DNA of 24,609 nucleotides from an uncultured Clostridia bacterium (GTDB lineage Bacteria; Bacillota; Clostridia; Oscillospirales; Ruminococcaceae): NCBI GenBank assembly GCA_937871145.1, contig CALMXN010000117.1, positions 1 to 24,609 of the forward strand, read 5' to 3'. Shown piece by piece: positions 6,794 to 14,402 of this stretch (position 1 is its first letter; each line of letters starts with the position of its first letter). The notes under the pieces were generated by a model. It saw only the letters and a program-made list of their open reading frames with translations, ran no database searches and was not told where the DNA came from. The position numbers and the translations under genes were made by a program.

Positions 6794-8374
6794 TTGATGA
6801 AAGACCAGGTAGCAAACATACTGAAGTCTATACAGCAGTACTGGAAGTCACAGGAGAAAAAGAGAAAGATAACATTTCTTGCAGTACTTGCAGGGGTTAT
6901 AGTATTCGCGGTTGTTCTGACAATGTTTCTGAACAGGCCGAACTATACAGTTTTGTTTTCAAGCCTTGAGCAATCAGAGGCATCCGAGATCGTATCAATG
7001 ATCAAGGATATGAATGTTGATGCACAGGTTAAATCAGACGGAACAATTCTTGTGCCAAAGGATCAGGAAAACAAGCTCAGGGTTGAGCTTGCAACCAAAG
7101 GCTATCCAAAGAGCGGATACAGCTACGATATATGGTCGAAGAATGTTAATATGTTCACCACTGACTCGCAGAAGAAAGAAGTCGCAAAAATGCAGTTGCA
7201 GGAAAGACTTCAGGCAACTATCGGTGAGTTTCAGGGAATAGACAAGGCAATAGTTACACTTGATATACCAGAACAGAGCAACACAGTAATTTCCACAAGC
7301 AATAGTGAGCCTACAGCATCAGTTGTTGTACATTTAAAAGCTGGTGTAAAGCTCACAGCAAACCAGATCAGCGGAATTACAAGGCTTGTAATGAAGTCAA
7401 TTTCAGGCTTGAAGGAAGAAAATGTTTCAGTTTGTGACCAGAATGCAAATCTTCTTATTGCAACAGGAGACAGCGAGGATTCAGAGTCACTGATACTTGA
7501 GACAAAAAGGCTTCAGTTCAAGAACGCTTTTGAAATACAGCTTAAAAACGCAGCAAAAACTCTTTTAGTTAAATCATACGGAAAAGACCACGTTGAAATA
7601 TCAGTAAATGCAACATTCAACTATGACAAAAAGGTTTCAGATAACACAAAGTACACACCATCTATTGGTGACAACGGTGTTGTACAGCATCAGGATGAAA
7701 GCTCTGCATGGAGCAATGACAAGGATCCAAACGGTGTAGTCGGAGTTGAATCCAACGCTGATGGTACATATCCTACACAGGACGGTTCATCAGGCAATGC
7801 AGCCTGGGGGGAATCAAGCAAGAGCACTACATATCTTGTAAATACACTTAAAGAACAGACAGAGAAAAACGGTGTATATGTAGAAAATGTAAAAGTATCA
7901 GTTGTACTTTATAAGGATACACTTTCTGATGATGAACAGCAGAAGATCGTCAGTACAGTTGCAAACGCAACAGGAACAAAGCCTGAGCTTGTTTCTGTTC
8001 AGAATCTGCCGGCACTTCAGGACAAGCCTGGCGAAGTACCAACACTTACATCTAACTTTATATTCGGATTGTCATTAAAACAGTTTGTTATTTATGCTGC
8101 TGCCATATTAGGACTACTATTTATAATAATTCTCACAATAGCAATTCTTGTCAGAAAAACTCACAAAAAGAAAGCAAAGAAGATTGAAGAGCAGATTAAA
8201 GCTGTTCAGATAGCTAATAATCCTGCACCAGTTGATATAAAGAAGCTTTCTGATAAACCAGCAGATACAAAGGAAGCTGTTATAAGGAGAGAAATCGGGG
8301 AATTTGCAAAGAACAGTCCGGAAATTGCGGCTCAGCTCCTGAAGAGCTGGCTTCGTGAAGAAGGTGGAAAATAA
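6794..8374 (+). CDS. fliF: Flagellar MS-ring protein FliF
   Basis: Two TM segments, RVELATKGYP, LQERLQATI, AIVTLDIPE, C-terminal AAQLLKSWLREE; TTG start after AGGAGG. Confidence 0.96.
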   Translation: MMKDQVANILKSIQQYWKSQEKKRKITFLAVLAGVIVFAVVLTMFLNRPNYTVLFSSLEQSEASEIVSMIKDMNVDAQVKSDGTILVPKDQENKLRVELATKGYPKSGYSYDIWSKNVNMFTTDSQKKEVAKMQLQERLQATIGEFQGIDKAIVTLDIPEQSNTVISTSNSEPTASVVVHLKAGVKLTANQISGITRLVMKSISGLKEENVSVCDQNANLLIATGDSEDSESLILETKRLQFKNAFEIQLKNAAKTLLVKSYGKDHVEISVNATFNYDKKVSDNTKYTPSIGDNGVVQHQDESSAWSNDKDPNGVVGVESNADGTYPTQDGSSGNAAWGESSKSTTYLVNTLKEQTEKNGVYVENVKVSVVLYKDTLSDDEQQKIVSTVANATGTKPELVSVQNLPALQDKPGEVPTLTSNFIFGLSLKQFVIYAAAILGLLFIIILTIAILVRKTHKKKAKKIEEQIKAVQIANNPAPVDIKKLSDKPADTKEAVIRREIGEFAKNSPEIAAQLLKSWLREEGGK

Positions 8375-9394
8375 ATGCCTGTAAGTACTAATATTGATGA
8401 TATAACAGGTGCACAGCGTGCTGCGACAGTAATTGCGGCTATGGGAGCAGAAAATGCTGCCAGCGTTTATAAGTTCCTCAATGAAGAGGATATAGAAAAG
8501 CTTACATATGAGGTTTCAAAGCTTGCATACATTGATATTTCCACAGCCGACGACATTCTCACCGAGTATTATGAGCTTTGTCTTACCCAGAAGGTTATTA
8601 CCGAGGGTGGCGTGACTTATGCCCGTGATATTCTTGAAAAAGCTTTTGGCGAAAACTCAGCGCAACAGCTTATGGATAAAGTCACAAAGTCATTGAAGGT
8701 AAAGGCTTTTGACTTTATGAGAAAAGCAGATGCAAAGAATATGCTTGCTATTGTTCAGAATGAGCATCCGCAGACAATTGCACTCATACTTTCTTATGTC
8801 CGTGCAGATCAGGCATCAATGGTATTGTCTGAACTCCCGAAGGATAAGAGAGTTGACGTAGTAGAGAGAATTGCTAAAATGGACAGTGCATCACCAGAAG
8901 TTATTAAAGCACTTGAAGCTACACTTGAAAAGAAATTCTCAACAATTGTTACAACCGATATGGCAGAGGTCGGCGGTATAAATTATATTGCTGATGTTCT
9001 TAACCACGTCGACAGATCAACAGAAAAATTCATCTTCGATGAACTGACTGTAAGAGATCCTGATCTTGTTAATGATATAAGGCAGAAGATGTTTGTCTTC
9101 GAGGATATCCTTACTCTCGACGAATCATCAATACAGCGTTTTATCAGGGATGTCGATTCAAAGGACCTTGCTGTTGCTATCAAGGGTACAAGCCCGGATG
9201 TTACTGCTGTTCTTTACGCAAATATGCCACAGAGAATGCAGGAAAGCATACAGGCAGATATAGAGTATCTGCATAATGTACGTCTTCGTGATGTTGAAGA
9301 AGCACAGCAGAGAATTGTTGCTATTATCCGTCGCCTCGAAGAAGAAGGCGAGCTTGTAATAGGCAAGGGTGGAAAGGATGAAATTATTGCATAG
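8375..9394 (+). CDS. fliG: Flagellar motor switch protein FliG
   Basis: EHPQTIALILSY, GG hinge, MFVFEDI, DVEEAQQRIVAIIRRLEEEGE. Confidence 0.97.
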   Translation: MPVSTNIDDITGAQRAATVIAAMGAENAASVYKFLNEEDIEKLTYEVSKLAYIDISTADDILTEYYELCLTQKVITEGGVTYARDILEKAFGENSAQQLMDKVTKSLKVKAFDFMRKADAKNMLAIVQNEHPQTIALILSYVRADQASMVLSELPKDKRVDVVERIAKMDSASPEVIKALEATLEKKFSTIVTTDMAEVGGINYIADVLNHVDRSTEKFIFDELTVRDPDLVNDIRQKMFVFEDILTLDESSIQRFIRDVDSKDLAVAIKGTSPDVTAVLYANMPQRMQESIQADIEYLHNVRLRDVEEAQQRIVAIIRRLEEEGELVIGKGGKDEIIA

Positions 9395-10172
9395 AGTAGT
9401 AAAATCATCACAGGGAATAAACGTCAGCGGAGTAGTTTCCATTGATAACACAGTAATAGTAAGACAGAAAACTGCTCAGTTTGATGATGACGGGGAACTT
9501 TCTGAAGTTGACTTAAAAGAAAGATTCAATGCACTTGAGCAAAACCTCGAACAGAATTATCGTGAAAAACTCGCCAGAGTTGAATATGAAAAGCAGGAAA
9601 TTTTGGATAATGCAGCTGTTCATGCACAGGCAATGCTAAGCCAGGCAAACAACGACGCTGAAAGAATCAAGCAGGACGCAAAAAACTCAGGATTCGCACA
9701 AGGCTTTCAGGAAGGCAAGCGTATCGTGCAAGAAGAGCTATCCAGTCAGCTTAATGCAGTAAAACAAATTTTAGACCAGCTTAATTCTGAAAGAGAAGCA
9801 ATATACATCGACAACGAGAACGACCTTATAGATACAGCATATGAAATGACCAGGAAGATTACACTTTCTGAAATCAAGACTGATAAGGACGTTATCTTCA
9901 ATATAGTGAAACAGGCTTGCAAGAACTTCAGGAATTCAGATTATGTGAAAATCAGCCTTGCAAAATGCGATATTGATGAAACCGTTGTAACAGACCAGGA
10001 GTTTATCAAGAAAATTGCCGGCAATATTCCTGATGTTGAAATTGAAATTCTCCCTGACGCACAGTCAGGAACAGTCATTCTTGATGATAATGAGGAAATT
10101 GTTGACGCTTCAGTACCGACACAGCTTGACTTCCTAAAGGAAGTTTTAAATGCAAGTAAGAAACTTATATAG
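9378..10172 (+). CDS. fliH: Flagellar export protein FliH
   Basis: Coiled coil with AKNSGFAQGFQEG (AxxxG) repeats; between fliG and fliI, overlapping the fliG stop. GTG 9369 is an alternative start. Confidence 0.9.
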   Translation: MKLLHRVVKSSQGINVSGVVSIDNTVIVRQKTAQFDDDGELSEVDLKERFNALEQNLEQNYREKLARVEYEKQEILDNAAVHAQAMLSQANNDAERIKQDAKNSGFAQGFQEGKRIVQEELSSQLNAVKQILDQLNSEREAIYIDNENDLIDTAYEMTRKITLSEIKTDKDVIFNIVKQACKNFRNSDYVKISLAKCDIDETVVTDQEFIKKIAGNIPDVEIEILPDAQSGTVILDDNEEIVDASVPTQLDFLKEVLNASKKLI

Positions 10173-10191
10173 ATAGCAGGGAGTGAAAGAA

Positions 10192-11499
10192 TTGGATTTT
10201 TCCAGCATGCGCTCAAAAGTAGCTCAGGGTGACTTTTACAGATATATGGGCAAGATTGAGAAAATTGTCGGAACAACAATTCAGTCCACAGGTCCTGTCT
10301 GCAACATCGGTGATGTCTGCAGAATATATCACAAGGGTGAAAAAACAAGCCATATTTTCGCTGAAGTAGTCGGCTTTAATCAGAACAAGGTTCTTTTAAT
10401 GCCGTATTCAGATATAGAGGGCGTCGGCCCTGGAAGTATTGTTGACAATACAGGGGGCAAGCTCACAATCAACGTCGGTGAAGAACTTATTGGCAGAATT
10501 ATCGACGCTATAGGGAACCCTATTGACGGAAAAGGTGAAATACAGACGACCGACAGCTTTTCAATCGCTGGTATTCCGGTAAATCCACTTACAAGACCAC
10601 CTATAAAAGATATTATCCCAATGGGTGTTAAAGCAATTGACGGACTTCTCACAATCGGCAGGGGACAGAGAATGGGAATATTCGCTGGCTCCGGAGTCGG
10701 AAAATCGACTCTTCTTGGAATGATTGCGAAGGAAGTCAAGGCAGACATAAACGTTATTGCACTTGTCGGCGAGCGTGGCCGTGAAGTAAGGGAATTTATC
10801 GACAGGGATCTTGGCGAAAAGGGAATGTCACGTTCAATACTTGTTGTTGCTACCTCTGACCAGCCAGCAATGATGAGAAGTAAATGCTGTCAGACAGCTA
10901 CGGCTGTCGCAGAATATTTCAGTCACAAGGGCAAGAATGTTCTTCTTATGATGGATTCACTGACGCGTTTTGCAATGGCACAGCGTGAAATCGGTCTTTC
11001 AATCGGTGAACCACCTATTGCGAGAGGATATACTCCGTCCATTTACAGTGCAATGCCAAAGCTCCTTGAGCGAGCTGGAAACTTTGAAAAAGGCTCAATA
11101 ACAGGAATATATACTGTTCTTGTTGAGGGTGATGACACAAACGAGCCGATAGCAGATACCGTCCGTGGTATTATTGACGGACATATCGTTCTTTCAAGAA
11201 AGATTGCGTTCCGAAATCACTATCCGGCTATTGATATTCTTGAGAGTATCAGCCGTCTGATGAGTGAAATTACTGATAAAAAACAACAGGTCGTTGCCTC
11301 AAAAATGCGTAATCTGTTGTCATTATACAATTCAAACCTTGACCTTATTTCAATCGGTGCATATAAATCAGGTTCAAACCCGGCACTTGATGAAGCAATC
11401 TCAAAGATGGATAAAATCAATAAATTCCTGACTCAAGAGGTAGGCGAGGCGTTTTCCTATGATGAAGTTGTCAGATTAATGGAAGAGGCAGTTTCATAA
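10192..11499 (+). CDS. fliI: Flagellar export ATPase FliI
   Basis: GQRMGIFAGSGVGKS, IALVGERGREV, MDSLTRFAMA, HYPAID. TTG 10192 preferred from RBS spacing (track start GTG 10183). Confidence 0.97.
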   Translation: MDFSSMRSKVAQGDFYRYMGKIEKIVGTTIQSTGPVCNIGDVCRIYHKGEKTSHIFAEVVGFNQNKVLLMPYSDIEGVGPGSIVDNTGGKLTINVGEELIGRIIDAIGNPIDGKGEIQTTDSFSIAGIPVNPLTRPPIKDIIPMGVKAIDGLLTIGRGQRMGIFAGSGVGKSTLLGMIAKEVKADINVIALVGERGREVREFIDRDLGEKGMSRSILVVATSDQPAMMRSKCCQTATAVAEYFSHKGKNVLLMMDSLTRFAMAQREIGLSIGEPPIARGYTPSIYSAMPKLLERAGNFEKGSITGIYTVLVEGDDTNEPIADTVRGIIDGHIVLSRKIAFRNHYPAIDILESISRLMSEITDKKQQVVASKMRNLLSLYNSNLDLISIGAYKSGSNPALDEAISKMDKINKFLTQEVGEAFSYDEVVRLMEEAVS

Positions 11500-11511
11500 A
11501 AGAGGTAGAAT

Positions 11512-11955
11512 ATGAAGAAGTTTGAGTTTTCATTGCGTAAGCTACAGAATTATAAGGAACAGCTCCTGAAAAAAGAAAAGAATACTCTCAGCGATATGAG
11601 AAAACAGCTTCAGGGGATGTATGATGAAAAAGATAGCCTTATTCATGCCCGAAGAGATAAAAATGCTGAGCTGACAGACAGAATAAACGAGGGGCTTTCT
11701 CCACAGCACGTAATGCTCCACAAAAGATACATTGACAGCATTACTGAAAATATAGCGAACCTTGAAATTAATATAGAACTACAACAGAAGAAAATCAAAG
11801 AACAGCTTGATGTTGTTGTAGAAATCACAAAAGAATGTGACTCATATGAAAAGCTTGAGAAAAAACAGCTTGAGGAATATAAAAAAGTTGAAACCAAGCA
11901 GAATGAGCTTTTCATAGAAGAATTTGTTTCACACAGTAGCTTTATCGCACATTAA
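11512..11955 (+). CDS. fliJ: Flagellar export protein FliJ
   Basis: MKKFEFSLRKL N-terminus, coiled coil, YEKLEKKQ...EQNEL-like C-terminus; follows fliI. Confidence 0.92.
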   Translation: MKKFEFSLRKLQNYKEQLLKKEKNTLSDMRKQLQGMYDEKDSLIHARRDKNAELTDRINEGLSPQHVMLHKRYIDSITENIANLEINIELQQKKIKEQLDVVVEITKECDSYEKLEKKQLEEYKKVETKQNELFIEEFVSHSSFIAH

Positions 11956-11961
11956 TTTGCC

Positions 11962-11983
11962 TTCATCGGCGATAGCCGTTGAA
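11962..11983 (+). terminator. Intra-operon hairpin between fliJ and fliK (weak terminator or processing stem)
   Basis: TTCA-T-CGGC GATA GCCG-T-TGAA (8 bp, one U-U mismatch) followed by a T-rich tract. Confidence 0.3.
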
Positions 11984-12012
11984 TATATATTTTATTTTTA
12001 GGAGGTGAAAAT

Positions 12013-13392
12013 ATGAATGTAGCAGTAAGCTTATCCCCGCAGTTGTTCACAACCGATGCAAAGACAGGTGCTTTGAAGGTTAAGGGTGACTCAAACGGCT
12101 TTATGGGTATGCTTGCAGGAATGATGACAAATGCGACAAATGCAGTAACACAATCCCCAGCAATCAGCGAAGGTAATACTGACGATACCACTTCAAAGCT
12201 TATGTCTGAAATCTTTACTATGCTTTTGAACGGAGCTTCAACCGAAGATATCGCAGAAAAACTTTCAGGGCTGACAGATGACCAGAAATTATCACTTATT
12301 GAAACAGCCGACGAAATAATGACTTTTGTTTCTAAGCCGACAATGTCTGATAAGGACAAGGTACAGAACATCCTTTCAATGCTTGACAGGAAAAAGGAAA
12401 AAACTGACATTGGTCTTATTTATCAGGTACTTGCAATGATGGGTGTCAATGTTCAGGAAATCAAAAACAACTCAACCCCGGTAAACACACAGCCACAAAC
12501 CAATGCACAGACACAGATCAATACACAGACACAGATCAACACACAGACACAGGTCAATGTTACAGTGACAATTTCAGCAGGTTCAGAACAGGGAGTTACG
12601 GAAAGCATAATCCCATTAGTCAATTCACCAGTTACCGAAAACACACAGCAGGCAGACTTCTCAAAAGTCAGCCAAATGCTCACAAAGCTTGTTGATGCAA
12701 CAAAGCAAAGTCAGTCATTGCCAGCAGATGTAAAAGTAGTTTCAAGCAATGTTACTGATGAGGCAGCAGATTCACAGATTGCACAGGCTTCACAAAAGGC
12801 GATTGGTACAGGCACAGCAAATGAGGTTAAGTCAGCAAAGGAAAGTTCAGAGTTTGATGACCTTTTAGCTTATGCACAGCAGTCAAAATCCCCGCAGCAG
12901 GTAACAACTCCACAGGAGGTTGCTAAAGCAACAAACGTTGAAATACCTGTTCAGAAGCAGATTACTGACCAAATAATCAATCAGCTAAACACTGGCATAA
13001 CATCAGACACAAAAGAAATTACACTTATGCTTAAACCACAGGAGCTCGGCGAAGTAGCAATCAAGCTTGTAAAGAGTGGTGGAGAAATCACAGTAAGCAT
13101 TATGGCACAGAACTCTGCAACAGAAAAACTTCTTGCAGAAAGATTGCCGACACTTGTTTCCAATCTTCAGGAAATCAACGGACAGGTCAAGGACGTTATG
13201 ATTGTAAATCCTAACGAAAACACTAACAGCTTCCTTGGACAGTTCAATCTTTCACATTCAGATTCAGGAGCACAGTATCAGCAGAAACAGACTTCCAACA
13301 CATATTCAGGCAACAGCCAGAGTATAGCAGAGGAAAACAAGCAGCAGGTTAAAGAATTTGTAAGGGAGGGGCAGTTATGGCAGACGGCATAA
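12013..13392 (+). CDS. fliK: Flagellar hook-length control protein FliK
   Basis: Low-complexity N-terminal region; C-terminal T3S4 domain ITLMLKPQELGEVAIKL...ITVSI...LAERLPTLVSNL; upstream of flgD. Confidence 0.9.
   Translation: MNVAVSLSPQLFTTDAKTGALKVKGDSNGFMGMLAGMMTNATNAVTQSPAISEGNTDDTTSKLMSEIFTMLLNGASTEDIAEKLSGLTDDQKLSLIETADEIMTFVSKPTMSDKDKVQNILSMLDRKKEKTDIGLIYQVLAMMGVNVQEIKNNSTPVNTQPQTNAQTQINTQTQINTQTQVNVTVTISAGSEQGVTESIIPLVNSPVTENTQQADFSKVSQMLTKLVDATKQSQSLPADVKVVSSNVTDEAADSQIAQASQKAIGTGTANEVKSAKESSEFDDLLAYAQQSKSPQQVTTPQEVAKATNVEIPVQKQITDQIINQLNTGITSDTKEITLMLKPQELGEVAIKLVKSGGEITVSIMAQNSATEKLLAERLPTLVSNLQEINGQVKDVMIVNPNENTNSFLGQFNLSHSDSGAQYQQKQTSNTYSGNSQSIAEENKQQVKEFVREGQLWQTA
12484..12558 (+). 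repeat. 18-nt in-frame tandem repeat (4 units) in fliK
   Basis: AACACACAGCCACAAACC / AATGCACAGACACAGATC / AATACACAGACACAGATC / AACACACAGACACAGGTC encoding NTQPQT NAQTQI NTQTQI NTQTQV. Confidence 0.9.
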
Positions 13393-13817
13393 ACAGTTCA
13401 AGCCAGATCCAGACCAACTATGAAAAATACAAGGACTATTTTGCTAAGGAAAGTAATGGCGCTTTGGGTCAGATGGACTTTTTAAAGCTTATGACAGAAC
13501 AGATGAAAAATCAGGACTTTCAGAATCCTACCGACAATGCAGAATACATAGCACAGCTTGCACAGTTCAATTCATTACAGCAGATGCAGCAACTAAGCTA
13601 TTTCGCTAATGCATCCTTTGCAACATCACTCGTCGGAAAGACTGTTACTATGGCAGCAGTCAACAAGTCAGGCGAAACGGAAAAGGTAACAGATGTTGTT
13701 ACAGCGGTAAAAATGAACGGAACAGACTTTGAAATCATAGTCGGCGGAAAGACATTCTCCACAAAGAATCTTATGGAGGTTGTTACTGAAAAGCCAAAGA
13801 CGGAAACAGACACTTAG
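13377..13817 (+). CDS. flgD: Flagellar hook capping protein FlgD
   Basis: LGQMDFLKLMTEQMKNQDFQNPTDNAEYIAQLAQFNSLQQM; LVGKTV. Confidence 0.95.
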   Translation: MADGINSSSQIQTNYEKYKDYFAKESNGALGQMDFLKLMTEQMKNQDFQNPTDNAEYIAQLAQFNSLQQMQQLSYFANASFATSLVGKTVTMAAVNKSGETEKVTDVVTAVKMNGTDFEIIVGGKTFSTKNLMEVVTEKPKTETDT

Positions 13818-13852
13818 AAGTAAGATTAACAGAAATGTGGTGAGAACAACTT

Positions 13853-14257
13853 ATGAACATTAACGAATTCAGACTGAATAACCTAAAAGTCAATACCCCG
13901 ATACAGCCTGAATCCCAGAAGAAAGTTTCTCAGGACAACACAAAGCCACAGGGCAGTGCTTTCGCTCAGGCATTAAGGGAAAAGTTAAACCAGAACACAG
14001 GTTCTGTTGAATTTTCCAAGCATGCACTTGATAGAATTAATCAGCGCAGTATAGATATGACTGAGGGCAATAAGCTCGAAAGACTGAATAAAGCTGTTGA
14101 GCTCGCACAGGAAAAGGGTGCAAACGAAACTCTCGTTCTGATTGACAAAACTGCTTTTGTTGTCAATGTAAGAAACAACAAGGTAATCACAACAATGTCG
14201 GACTCCGATATGTTGGGCAACGTATTCACAAACATAGATTCAACCGTAATAATGTAA
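13853..14257 (+). CDS. Flagellar operon protein of unknown function (TIGR02530 / Flagellar_put type)
   Basis: FSKHALDRINQRSI, KGANETLVL, VVNVRNNKVITTM, VFTNIDSTVI; characteristic location between flgD and flgE. Confidence 0.88.
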   Translation: MNINEFRLNNLKVNTPIQPESQKKVSQDNTKPQGSAFAQALREKLNQNTGSVEFSKHALDRINQRSIDMTEGNKLERLNKAVELAQEKGANETLVLIDKTAFVVNVRNNKVITTMSDSDMLGNVFTNIDSTVIM

Positions 14258-14368
14258 GAGCTGGACCGAAAAGGGAGCTTGTTTTACTCTGACCGCTTGA
14301 TGAGTAAAATTCACGGTTGACATTTATGCTATACAAAATCGTATAGTATGAGGCAGAAAATTTCTGCC
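14258..14368 (+). ncRNA. Candidate cis-acting structured RNA (four hairpins, one a box C/D K-loop) upstream of flgE
   Basis: H1 AGC..CC-GAAAA-GG..GCU (14259-14279); H2 UUUUACUC/GAGUAAAA (14282-14309) with CUGA and UGAUGA; H3 14324-14351; H4 GGCAGAA/UUCUGCC (14352-14368). Folded by eye, no covariation data. Confidence 0.55.
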
Positions 14369-14402
14369 CGCACAAAACTTAAATTATAAGGAGTGTATAT
14401 AA

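Noticed and set aside
9941-12410. Longer antisense ORFs (9941..10348, 10380..10748, 11952..12410) and other short overlapping ORFs in the track
   Set aside because: They lie opposite or inside well-supported genes, lack RBS and recognisable motifs, and are expected shadow ORFs.
14258-14310. Canonical c-di-GMP-I or -II riboswitch (H1 resembles the GC..CC-GAAA-GG-GA-GC layout of class I P2; class II has a K-turn and pseudoknot)
   Set aside because: The class I GCAAA junctions and tetraloop-receptor stem are missing and the class II consensus blocks are not recognisable. cmscan would settle it.
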